Assembly: GCA_035290775.1 (NCBI GenBank)
Contig: DATDTP010000015.1
Coordinates: forward strand, 1 to 29,427
Direction: 5' to 3'
Source of the DNA: an archaeon
Lineage (GTDB): Archaea; Aenigmatarchaeota; Aenigmatarchaeia; GW2011-AR5
Length of the DNA stretch: 29,427 nucleotides
The first letter of the stretch is position 1, and each line of letters starts with the position of its first letter. Of this stretch, positions 1 through 8,904 are shown piece after piece. The notes under the pieces were generated by a model, which was not told the DNA's origin, ran no database searches, and worked only from the letters and a program-made list of their open reading frames with translations. A program made the translations under genes and the position numbers.

Positions 1-404
1 GGAGTGCCTGGAGAGCCTGCAGGCTTCAAAACTTCAGTTCCAGTGAAAGTTAAATCTATTTCCTGGTTTGAGCCAGACAGCCATGTCCCTTTTTCAGCAG
101 CGACTAACTTGTTTGTCATCTGCGGCGTCTGTATGTAAAACAAAATTTGGTCCCCGTTTCTCCCATCATATACAGTCAGTTTCCCTTCTGATGCATAGTA
201 TCCGCCGTATTTTCCTTCTGTTGCTGTAACAGACCCTTTTTGCACGCCGTTTATTTCTGCAGTTATTACAGAACCTGTAGGCACTGCACGCCCGTTAATT
301 GTTGCATCGCCATAAAATGCACTTGGCAACGAAGGCGCTGCTAGCACTGGCGCAACAAGCACAACCATTACTAATAAACCGATAAAAATTTTATTTGTTT
401 TCAT
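1..404 (-). CDS. Secreted/surface protein, N-terminal part (runs off window)
   Basis: Manual translation from ATG at 404: MKTNKIFIGLLVMVVLVAPVLAAPSLPSAFYGDATINGRAVPTGSVITAEINGVQKG..., open to position 1. Signal-peptide-like N-terminus followed by a P-x-x-FYG-x3-ING beta-sandwich typical of archaeal surface proteins. Not in the ORF track because it is truncated. Confidence 0.8.
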   Translation of the reverse strand, partial: MKTNKIFIGLLVMVVLVAPVLAAPSLPSAFYGDATINGRAVPTGSVITAEINGVQKGSVTATEGKYGGYYASEGKLTVYDGRNGDQILFYIQTPQMTNKLVAAEKGTWLSGSNQEIDLTFTGTEVLKPAGSPGT

Positions 405-505
405 TTTTTTCCATCTCTTTTGATTTTTTTATCATCATAAATATAATGTGAAATTATAAAAAAGAAAAAAAGGTGAAAATGGGCATTACGCCCAAATCAC
501 TTTTA

Positions 506-3500
506 TCACACAGCCCATCCTTGCAACATGCCTGGAGACGTTACCCATATCCAGTAGCCTTGCTTAGGCTCCATTGTTGCTCCACCGGTTGTGAACTGGC
601 TTATGCCGTCCACATTTGCAACAGGCAATGCATATTTCTGTATCATTTCATTCCAATCTATCACTGATGTGTACATTGGATCGATTGATATCAGCGCATT
701 TTCCATTACCATTGGCGAGTCAAGCGACAAGCCTACAGTGTTCCATCCTGCTACAACGTTCTTTGTTGGTGGTGTTTGCACTCCAGTTGGTGCATATGTC
801 AGAGTCGCAACTGTTGGTGCTGGCATTTCTACCCAATAACCGTTGAGTGGTTGTATGACTGTTCCCATACTTGATGTGAATGTTTGTGTTCCCTCATTCC
901 ATGCATAGAAGCCTGTTGCTGTTGGGAATAGTGTTGATGCATTCGGGCTTCCTTGCAATGCAAATGGGACTGATACAAAGTTCCATCCGCTTACCAAGCT
1001 CAATTGGTTATTTGCAACCTCAAGGAATTCTATTGTTATTGTCTCTGGTGTCAAGTCCTTGAAGTTTGAGTACCCGCAGTTTCTGTACTCTTTTTCGAAC
1101 ATTGGATCTAACAGATCTGGGTTTAGCCATCTGAAGTCAACGCCTTCAAAGAATCCGAAGACTCCGAAGTCATTTGGCTCACAGACATAGGCGTCACCGC
1201 CGACTACTGTTATCTCTGCTGTTCCAGGCTCTGTTGATGTTACAAGTAACATCGTCTGGCCTGTTACTGGATCTGTCATGAAACGTGCTTTTGTTGGATT
1301 TAGCTCGTCAATGTCGCCGTTCCATGATACTGTTACTCCTGACTCAGCTGTTCCGCCTACATACAAGCTGCCCATGATTGCATTTCTTACGTCCATGAAA
1401 TCATTTTCAACCTGTACAGTTATCTGTGCTGCACTGATACCGTCTGCCAGTACAACCTGCTGGTCTGATGTAACATCCCATCTTGTTGCTGGATCCACAT
1501 AGTCTATTGATCCGTATGCTGGATCAAGCTGTGTTGTTTTTTCACTTGCAGGCAGACCGTTTTCATTTATTTCCTGGCCTTGCCATGGCAGTGCATCCCA
1601 AACTTCTGCTTCTATTCTTCCGCCGTGGTTGTTCCATTCATTGCCGTACGTTATGTACAAGCTTCCGCGTCCGAACAAAATGTCGAAGCAATACTGTGAT
1701 GGGTTTATTTGTGAGATGCTTATCACTCCGAATCTTGAATCGTCTACGTCCATCAACCATGGTGGCAATGAAGCGTCTGCGTCATCCAAGTCTATGCAGA
1801 TTTCATCAAATCTGTAATCTGGAAGACCTGTTGTGTCGCCTGGGTCACCTGCGAATCCTCCGCCTAGGTATCCTGTTACCCTGTGGCCCAAAGAGTCCTG
1901 CACTTCAATGGTCATCCATGCTCCTGTTTCTCCGTCTGCTGGTAATCTATCTGATGGTGTTATGCTTACTATTTCCAGCTTTACTGGAGCACCCTGGAAT
2001 ACTACTGTTGTTGTATCTTCTATCAAACCAGGTGAGGATGCTGTTATTGTTGCTGTTTCTGGGAAGTCGTCCAGTACTCTTAGTGTTTTATCTGCACCGA
2101 ACCACTTGCCAAGGAATCCACCTGCAAATTCAAGTGTTCCTGTGACATTGTTGTCATAGTTGTTCTCGCCGTCAAAGTCTTCAGAGATTACAACCTGGTT
2201 GTCTTGGTCGCCTAATGCAGTTACAGTCACATTATCTATATCTTCCTCGATAATGTTGCCGCAGCTGTCTAGTGCACGGACCCACAACTGTGCTTCCTGT
2301 TCGCCGTCAGCTGGGACGCCGAACCCTGGCACTGATATGATGTCCAAGCTTTCTGGATCGCCTGCCTCAAAGTTTACAAAGGTGTAGTCTGCATCCAGTG
2401 CGTATGGTGTAGCAGTTATGCGGTAGAAACCTGCATACTTGCTTGCTGCATAAAACTGTGCCTGACCATTTGCATTTGTCATGATCACGTTGTTTACTAC
2501 AGGCGTACCGTCCAAGTTATAGAACTCTACTTTAGCATTTGTAAAGTAGTTGTCTATCCATGCTGTATACTCTGATCCGAAGAAGTCTGCAAACAATACT
2601 TCGTGGAAGTAATCTGCAAATCCTTCGAACACTTCGTCGTCTTCCAGCATCTGCCTGAATTCTTCTTTATCTACGCAGTGGTCATTGTCCCAATCGAATC
2701 TTTCGCTTAGGAAAATGTCTGTGAAGATTTCTCCTTCTGCATCGAAGTCAAAGAATTCCCATGCAAGACATGAGTCTAGTGTTACTGGCAATGATTTTGC
2801 ATGTGGGTTCTGGAATCCGTCTGCTGTCTGTAGGTTTACGAGGAATGCATTTTCTGGATCAAATTCAAGATCCCCGTCTATGCACATTCCTACAGTTTTT
2901 GCATCAAAGCCGTCATGATTTATCATGACAACTTGTGTTGCTAACTGCTCAGCGAACGTTATTGTCTCTGGATTTGGAACTACGTTTATCAAAGACATGT
3001 CTTCTTGTGGCAAGTCACTGCAGACACCGGAAGATGATCTCCAGCTTTCGCCGCGAACATCCTGGCAGTCTTCTGCTGTTACATCGTCCATTAGAGGACC
3101 GCTGCAGCCATTTCGTACATAACATGTACCTAGCTCAGCTTCGTCTTGGTAGTCGCACACTGTTCCGCTTAGCTGTACGTCAGATGACCAAACTTGTACT
3201 GTTTCTGCTGTCAAGTCCCTGAACTTTATCCATGCGACTCCGTTTTCAAAGTCGAGGTTGTTTAGGAATTTGTCGCCGAAACCATACTCTTCTCCCTGGT
3301 AGAATTCATTTCTTGAGTCTACCCCATCAAAGACGTAGTTGTGGTCGTCCCTGCCTAAATCGTAGTCTTCACCGTAGCCGCTGAATTCCCTGTCTATTAT
3401 GTCAGCGTTGGTGTAATCCTGGTAGAATGCAAAGTTCACGTCGTAAACTCCGCACACGTCTCCGTTATCTGGATCGAGAACAACATAGAAGTCTGTTGTA

Positions 3501-6500
3501 TCTCCTGCTCTAACCAGAACACCGCCTTCTCTTTCTGGACCTGCACCGCCGTCTTCTTCAGTGCCTCTTGAATACCAATCAGCGCCGAAGTATGGGTTTG
3601 CTTTTGCAAGCTCTGCAACAGTCAATCCCTGTGGTGCATTTACGCCACCTGTAAGTGAGTCTATGTTGTTTGCTGGCGCTCTTCCAACTAGAATATCTTC
3701 ATTTGACTGGAAGCCTGGCGTCTCTTCGCTTTCTTGGTATATCTCTACATCAAAGTCGTAGTCTGGCGCGCTTATTGTAAACGCAAGCTTGTCGACCATG
3801 ATGTCGTCTTTTTCAAGATCTGTCCATTGTTTGCCTTCTTGTGCACAGTTGTCAACGACAAGCTTGAATACTGGGTCTTCGTCGTCAAGTTCGCATGCTG
3901 CGTCAGTTAAAAATCTGCAGCCGCTTTGTGCACCGGCTTGGTTTATTGTTTCCCAACATTCATCGAATGTAAAGTCGTCGCATGCATTTGCATCTGCTGT
4001 TCCTTCACATGTATCTACATCCCATGAACAGCCTGCATCCTGGCAAACTGCCTGTCCTTGTTGTGTTAGGCTTGAGCAAGCTGGTTGTCCTGTACAATAC
4101 TGTCCTGCGACATTCAAGTCTGCTGGCGAATCTACTTCTATAAAGCTTACGCAGTCTTCGCCTTTCAACTGAACGTCTACTTCACCGTTGAAATCTTCAA
4201 CGATGTTTTGGCAAGCGTCCAATGCATAAAAGTTGTCGTATATTGGCTCGCTTACAATGTCTGATCCTTTGTCTGGTATAACCAGACCGTTTCTTTCTGC
4301 CTCGAACTCAGTTATTATCCTTGCAGGTTCGCCAATTAGTGTTACTACCAATGGTTCGCACACTGTAAGGTTTGTTGGAAATCCTGATGGACAACACTGC
4401 TGTTGTGGCAGAACGTCTATTGTTACTGTACCGCACATTTCTGAATTTCTTATCATATCTACTGGTGTTGGAGTGTGTCCTGTTTCTGACAAGTCAACGC
4501 AAACTGTGTTTGTTGAAAAGTCAACTAAATTGCTTGGGTCTGTGACATTAAACGTAACACAAGTGTTTGCTATTGCATTTTGCGGGCATTCCTGATCTAC
4601 AACATAGTTGCCGCATACGTCCAGAATTCCTACGTCAATTTGTGCTTCTGGCTGACATGCAAGAAGATTTTCGTCTATTGTTAGACAAGCTGAGTCATCA
4701 GGCGCTGGTGCGCATCCTGGTGTCTGAGCGCATTGTTGCATGTTTTGGATTTCTTCACACTGAGGATCTATAAATTCCAATGCGACGCACGATGGAGGCG
4801 CGTTTATTACACTTACAAAGTCAACGCCTGGTTCTAGCGTATCAGAGAATGCTTCTATATCAAAGATGCCTAATCCCTGACAACCGCATATTGTTACTGT
4901 TCCCATGCCGTTTGTAAGCTTACCTTGCACTGCCTGTCCGTCGTCTAGAATTTCTTCTTCTAGGAAGTCGCTGTCTGTTATGTGTGTTATTCCAGAGTCT
5001 CCGCCGAATGGAGCTTCATGATCTGTTGGCAATGGATGCGTTAGTTCTACTCTTACAAGGCTGCTCCATTGCTGTGCATGGCCTGTAATAGGGTCTATGT
5101 ATTCTTCTAACACGTTTCCGAATTCGTCTGTTATTGTTACTGTTGCTTCAATACAAGCGTCTGCTGTTGTTACTGGTGGCGCTTCTACTATTACTCTTGC
5201 TGGTGCACCTGTAACGCCAGTTATCGTTATTGTTTTGCAGTTACTTGGGTCTGTATCAACGTTTGGTACAGACGGGTTTGTAACGCAAATTTCAACTTCG
5301 TGATCGCCTGTCTGTGTACTTGTCTTTAGATTTGCATCACCTATTCCCTGATCTGCAAGTTCGTCGTGGAATGATGAAAATCCGTCTGGAATGTCATCAT
5401 CGTCCAAACCTGCCCCAGGTGGTGAAGACAATAGATCAAAGCTTACGTCAGGCCTGTTTGGCACGTTTGTAATAACATTGCCATACTGGTCGTAGATTGT
5501 AACTTCTATCCTCTGCAAACTGCCTGCTGGCACGCTTGCTCCATCGCCTTCAGTTACATCCCAGCTTGCTGCCGGGCCTGCGTTTATCCCTACAAACTCT
5601 TCATCCATGCTGTCACTGCCTGTAAGCATGTCCACGCTAAGAACAACGTGAGCTATGCCTTTGACTGTGCCAGACACAAATGAAAGCTCTACTTGGCCTT
5701 TGTTTGTAGTAGCTTTTGGACTTGGATCATTGAATGAGCCGAGGTCAGTTGTAAAGAACACTTTTACAGCATCGTCTAGTACATCGAGCCATATTGTAAC
5801 GCCTGATGAGTTTGTTGTGCTGTTTACCAGTTGTGCAAAGATTGTTCTTGTCTGTCCGCCAACTGATATCACTGTTCCTTCTGTTGTTGCCTCAAAACCT
5901 GTTCCGATTGAAGATGGATCAGGCATTTTTACAACATCTCTCTGACCTAATATTGTCAAAGCTCCGCCAGAATTCAAGTCAATGAAATATTTGACAGATT
6001 CTGCGTCTTTTATAAAGCCGTCTTCAGCTTTTGTTGGTATATCCATTGCAGCCGTGTATGTAAGGTCAATTGTTGTCAGTGATGGACCTATTGCTGCATT
6101 GTCTGCAACCAGGAAGTCTGTTCCTGAGTTGAATATACCGTCGCCGTTGTCCATATATACATCTGCTGTTGTTGATGTACCGCTTGTTCTTCGGACATGC
6201 AGTTGTTCCAATCTACCCCAACCGCCCTTTGCAGTTGCTGTAAATTCATGCTCAACACCAGAGCCAGCTCCAAAGCTGTTTCTTTGGATGTATCTTATCT
6301 GGATGTCTGTTGCTGATGTTATCCTGATAACCACTTGCGGTGGATCTATTGGTGCCCTTACTGCAGACACCGAAGGTTCGTTGCTGTTGACATCTGATGT
6401 TAATATTGCAAATGTAGATGTCTCAGGCGCAGTAGGTGTTGTCAACCCTGTTATTGTGAAAATTACTTTTTCACCTGCGCATAGTATTTTGTTTGAAGAA

Positions 6501-6817
6501 GTAGATGTAATCCTTACAGACTGTAAGTCTGCAACTAATCCGCTTCTTGTCCCATCATCAGCCTCGTTTGTAACCGCCACAGTCCCTCTGCTCCATGATG
6601 AAACGTCTGCGACGCCACCCCATGTTGCCGGTGCTGTGAAGATTAACTCGTCTAGACATGCCGTGCCGTCATTAAGGAATTCGACGGTGATGTCTTGCGG
6701 AACGTTTGTCGTTGCTGATGTTGGGCTGTAAGAAACGACAGTTCCGTCGCCATTAGCAGCAAATGCTAGTGAAGCAGATAATGCTATGGCGAAAACTAAC
6801 ATTGTTAGTTTTTTCAT
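506..6817 (-). CDS. Giant secreted Ig/invasin(Big_1)-repeat surface protein (~2103 aa), S-layer/adhesin-like
   Basis: ORF-track start 6832 is a GTG inside the GGAGG RBS, so ATG 6817 (MKKLTMLVFAIALSASLAFA signal peptide) is preferred. About 8 modules of type G-x-P..ADG..v.v.D..GN.v, acidic and Cys-rich inserts, and a C-terminal GWNxVS/GYW duplicated domain. Confidence 0.9.
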   Translation of the reverse strand: MKKLTMLVFAIALSASLAFAANGDGTVVSYSPTSATTNVPQDITVEFLNDGTACLDELIFTAPATWGGVADVSSWSRGTVAVTNEADDGTRSGLVADLQSVRITSTSSNKILCAGEKVIFTITGLTTPTAPETSTFAILTSDVNSNEPSVSAVRAPIDPPQVVIRITSATDIQIRYIQRNSFGAGSGVEHEFTATAKGGWGRLEQLHVRRTSGTSTTADVYMDNGDGIFNSGTDFLVADNAAIGPSLTTIDLTYTAAMDIPTKAEDGFIKDAESVKYFIDLNSGGALTILGQRDVVKMPDPSSIGTGFEATTEGTVISVGGQTRTIFAQLVNSTTNSSGVTIWLDVLDDAVKVFFTTDLGSFNDPSPKATTNKGQVELSFVSGTVKGIAHVVLSVDMLTGSDSMDEEFVGINAGPAASWDVTEGDGASVPAGSLQRIEVTIYDQYGNVITNVPNRPDVSFDLLSSPPGAGLDDDDIPDGFSSFHDELADQGIGDANLKTSTQTGDHEVEICVTNPSVPNVDTDPSNCKTITITGVTGAPARVIVEAPPVTTADACIEATVTITDEFGNVLEEYIDPITGHAQQWSSLVRVELTHPLPTDHEAPFGGDSGITHITDSDFLEEEILDDGQAVQGKLTNGMGTVTICGCQGLGIFDIEAFSDTLEPGVDFVSVINAPPSCVALEFIDPQCEEIQNMQQCAQTPGCAPAPDDSACLTIDENLLACQPEAQIDVGILDVCGNYVVDQECPQNAIANTCVTFNVTDPSNLVDFSTNTVCVDLSETGHTPTPVDMIRNSEMCGTVTIDVLPQQQCCPSGFPTNLTVCEPLVVTLIGEPARIITEFEAERNGLVIPDKGSDIVSEPIYDNFYALDACQNIVEDFNGEVDVQLKGEDCVSFIEVDSPADLNVAGQYCTGQPACSSLTQQGQAVCQDAGCSWDVDTCEGTADANACDDFTFDECWETINQAGAQSGCRFLTDAACELDDEDPVFKLVVDNCAQEGKQWTDLEKDDIMVDKLAFTISAPDYDFDVEIYQESEETPGFQSNEDILVGRAPANNIDSLTGGVNAPQGLTVAELAKANPYFGADWYSRGTEEDGGAGPEREGGVLVRAGDTTDFYVVLDPDNGDVCGVYDVNFAFYQDYTNADIIDREFSGYGEDYDLGRDDHNYVFDGVDSRNEFYQGEEYGFGDKFLNNLDFENGVAWIKFRDLTAETVQVWSSDVQLSGTVCDYQDEAELGTCYVRNGCSGPLMDDVTAEDCQDVRGESWRSSSGVCSDLPQEDMSLINVVPNPETITFAEQLATQVVMINHDGFDAKTVGMCIDGDLEFDPENAFLVNLQTADGFQNPHAKSLPVTLDSCLAWEFFDFDAEGEIFTDIFLSERFDWDNDHCVDKEEFRQMLEDDEVFEGFADYFHEVLFADFFGSEYTAWIDNYFTNAKVEFYNLDGTPVVNNVIMTNANGQAQFYAASKYAGFYRITATPYALDADYTFVNFEAGDPESLDIISVPGFGVPADGEQEAQLWVRALDSCGNIIEEDIDNVTVTALGDQDNQVVISEDFDGENNYDNNVTGTLEFAGGFLGKWFGADKTLRVLDDFPETATITASSPGLIEDTTTVVFQGAPVKLEIVSITPSDRLPADGETGAWMTIEVQDSLGHRVTGYLGGGFAGDPGDTTGLPDYRFDEICIDLDDADASLPPWLMDVDDSRFGVISISQINPSQYCFDILFGRGSLYITYGNEWNNHGGRIEAEVWDALPWQGQEINENGLPASEKTTQLDPAYGSIDYVDPATRWDVTSDQQVVLADGISAAQITVQVENDFMDVRNAIMGSLYVGGTAESGVTVSWNGDIDELNPTKARFMTDPVTGQTMLLVTSTEPGTAEITVVGGDAYVCEPNDFGVFGFFEGVDFRWLNPDLLDPMFEKEYRNCGYSNFKDLTPETITIEFLEVANNQLSLVSGWNFVSVPFALQGSPNASTLFPTATGFYAWNEGTQTFTSSMGTVIQPLNGYWVEMPAPTVATLTYAPTGVQTPPTKNVVAGWNTVGLSLDSPMVMENALISIDPMYTSVIDWNEMIQKYALPVANVDGISQFTTGGATMEPKQGYWIWVTSPGMLQGWAV

Positions 6818-6860
6818 TCGAATCGCCTCCACATTTTTAATTTTTTATTTCTTAAAAAGA

Positions 6861-6926
6861 TGACGCCTGTATGCTCAGACGCACTTTTTGTGTAGCTTGT
6901 ATTTGGCGTCAGTCTGCGTGCGTCTG
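6861..6926 (-). other. Structured element in the leader of the giant surface gene (pseudoknot or alternative hairpins)
   Basis: Perfect complementarities 6861-6867/6905-6911 (TGACGCC/GGCGTCA) and 6876-6884/6918-6926 (CAGACGCAC/GTGCGTCTG) in crossed order; followed on the minus strand by TCTTTTT. Confidence 0.45.
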
Positions 6927-7109
6927 CCTGTTGTTGTCCAAAGGAAAATCTTAAACCTGAATAAACAATATGATCTTTATGACTTTTGATATGAGAATTA
7001 CTATGAGATGTAAGATGAGAATTAGCCGTAGATGCCGATACGTTGTTAATTAAAATTCCTTTCATTGACACACCCCAAACCCCTGAACTCTATTAATAAT
7101 TAATTTTTC

Positions 7110-7150
7110 CTTATATACCCTAGCTGTTCCAATGTGTTCCAGCGTGTTCC
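7110..7150 (-). promoter_or_regulatory. TATA-like box (7110-7117) with three GGAACA boxes at 10-bp phase just upstream
   Basis: TGTTCC at 7125-7130, 7135-7140 and 7145-7150 on +; minus strand reads GGAACA-GCTAGGG-TATATAAG toward the giant gene. Confidence 0.55.
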
Positions 7151-7178
7151 AGAATAATTTTCAACTTAGCACTATGAC

Positions 7179-7277
7179 TCAATTACGCTGTAATTACAGT
7201 CATTTGTTCCAAAATATGTTCCGTAATGTTCCAGAATGACATTTTATTTCAATTACGATGCACTTACAGCCATTTGT
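7179..7277. repeat. Imperfect 29-bp direct repeat (7179-7207 / 7249-7277) interleaved with a second TGTTCC triplet (7205, 7217, 7227)
   Basis: tcaattacgctgtaattacagtcatttgt versus tcaattacgatgcacttacagccatttgt, 25/29 identical. Confidence 0.7.
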
Positions 7278-7490
7278 GCAGCAATAAATGTGCAAATCTT
7301 GGATAGATTTTTGCGTTATCATGAAGTATAAGCAACTTAAAAATCTATACACATCCAATTTGTTCCAAAATGTTGAATATTTGTATAAAAATTTGTGAAT
7401 TACCTTACAGTTACAGGCAAATTACATTTTTTCACACAAAAAATCGTCTACAGGCTTTTATAAACTCTTGACATAGTTTTCGTGGTTCAA

Positions 7491-7892
7491 ATGGATGACG
7501 ACGACAAAATTTTGGATCAGAATTTCAAGAATGGGTTTTCTATTCGAATGGTTAATGCAATAGTATGCTCAAACAATAACAGGGCAGCCATGCTTTACCT
7601 TCTAAAGAATGTTCCAAAAAATGAGATGCAGGCTGAAAAGATATCAGAGCGCCTGGGCATAAGCCACAGAACAGCGTTATACCATCTCAACGTATTGGAG
7701 GATTGCGGCGTTGTTGAGGTAAGAAAGCACAGGATGAAAGGAAAGGAGCTTGTGCGGTCTGTGTGGGGCATTTCCACAAAAAATGATGTTAATATTATAC
7801 TTAACCAACTGTCAAAAGAATTTGACTTGAGCGAACTGGAAAAGATAATAAATAAAAACTCAAGCGGAAGAAGGAAGATGGGTAATAATTGA
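7491..7892 (+). CDS. ArsR-like winged-helix transcription regulator
   Basis: AEKISERLGISHRTALYHLNVLEDCGVVEV HTH-wing pattern. TTTATAAA at 7457-7464 favours a leaderless ATG at 7491 over GTG 7482. Confidence 0.8.
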   Translation: MDDDDKILDQNFKNGFSIRMVNAIVCSNNNRAAMLYLLKNVPKNEMQAEKISERLGISHRTALYHLNVLEDCGVVEVRKHRMKGKELVRSVWGISTKNDVNIILNQLSKEFDLSELEKIINKNSSGRRKMGNN

Positions 7893-8045
7893 GCAGTTTT
7901 AATAAATAATGAACATCTGTTTTTAAAGAAATTAGCGCTTTATTAAATACAAATATAGTCCTTTGCGCAACATTGAGGATAGTACAAACTCCTTTTTTGT
8001 GTTATTGTTAAGCATAAACAATGCAAAAATCTATAAACCAAAATA

Positions 8046-8699
8046 TTAAAACCTTGATTCTGGATTTCCCAAGTGTTCTTGAATATTCATATCAACAAAT
8101 AGCCAAAATCTAGTGGCACTTGCAAGTTCATCATTTTCACTTGAAGAATATTCTTGTATTAATTTAGAACACAATTTTTTTGCTCTTTCATGAGCTTCGA
8201 TTGATGTATGCCCATTTAAAATAGAAATAGGTATTTCATTGGAAATTTGTTTGAATGGCTCTGCAATTTTATCTTTTGCTGGATTGCATTCTCTATCCGC
8301 AGAATGCAGCCAAGAAAATGCCCCATTATAACCTATATATGAGTTTCCGCCTTTTTCAATAACATCTTTTCCTAGAACATTTGACGAGTAGCAAGCTCTA
8401 GCATAAACTATTGTACCTTTGAGCAAATCTGTATTTTTACCAACCTCTATTAGTGGTTCATCGTTATGCCCTAAAATTGCTGTAGCATTTTCTAATCCAT
8501 GTCCGTTAAATATAACAAGCGTTGGTTTCATTTTTCTTAGGTAATTTTCTACTCTTTCTTTAGTAGCTTTATTTTTATCAAAATCTGTAAATTTTATACA
8601 TTTTTCCTGTGCAATGTCTAATATTTCTTTACTCCATGCATGTAAGTATGCTACTCTATATTCATGATGTGGTCTTGTGATTAAAAATAATTTGCTCAT
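8046..8699 (-). CDS. Cytoplasmic caspase/gingipain-fold (clan CD-like) cysteine protease, putative
   Basis: LVIFNGHG (His67) and IVYARAC (Cys103), each after a hydrophobic beta-strand; 36-residue spacing; no signal peptide. Confidence 0.6.
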   Translation of the reverse strand: MSKLFLITRPHHEYRVAYLHAWSKEILDIAQEKCIKFTDFDKNKATKERVENYLRKMKPTLVIFNGHGLENATAILGHNDEPLIEVGKNTDLLKGTIVYARACYSSNVLGKDVIEKGGNSYIGYNGAFSWLHSADRECNPAKDKIAEPFKQISNEIPISILNGHTSIEAHERAKKLCSKLIQEYSSSENDELASATRFWLFVDMNIQEHLGNPESRF

Positions 8700-8700
8700 T

Positions 8701-8904
8701 TTATAAACCCTTGCTCATTGATTTTAAATATTCTATCTGCATCTTAACTACAAATTTTCCTAAATTCGTGTCATCTTCAACATTTTTAATTAGGTCTTCT
8801 TTTGAAAATGTTCCAAGCGTACCCATAGACACCTTTATGTTACTTGGCATAACTTCGAGGCGTTTTATAACTAATTTTTTTAATTCCTCGTTAATTTGCA
8901 GCAT
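8701..8904 (-). CDS. Small hypothetical protein (67 aa), module subunit B
   Basis: ATG immediately follows the upstream TAA (8905-8907) and its own stop lies 1 nt before the protease ATG, indicating translational coupling. Confidence 0.8.
   Translation of the reverse strand: MLQINEELKKLVIKRLEVMPSNIKVSMGTLGTFSKEDLIKNVEDDTNLGKFVVKMQIEYLKSMSKGL

Noticed and set aside
591-6731. Many + strand ORFs (60-249 aa) antisense to the giant gene, and similar shadows over other CDSs
   Set aside because: They are frame shadows of real genes, with no RBS or recognisable motifs.
6858-6870. Fluoride riboswitch (GATGACGCCT resembles its 3' end)
   Set aside because: The required upstream GGnGATGGnGT..CGCC segment is absent in that orientation, and no crcB/fluoride gene is nearby.
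6814-7071. 85-aa ORF upstream of the giant gene (also 22878-23165 and 25406-25612)
   Set aside because: No RBS or protein-like features; they run through leader or repeat DNA.
7125-7420. Replication origin (ORB-like GTTCCAG / TTACAG repeats next to AT-rich DNA)
   Set aside because: Boxes lack the GGAAA/GAAA right half and G-string of ORBs, no orc1/cdc6 is in the window, and the fixed spacing to TATA boxes fits promoter operators better.
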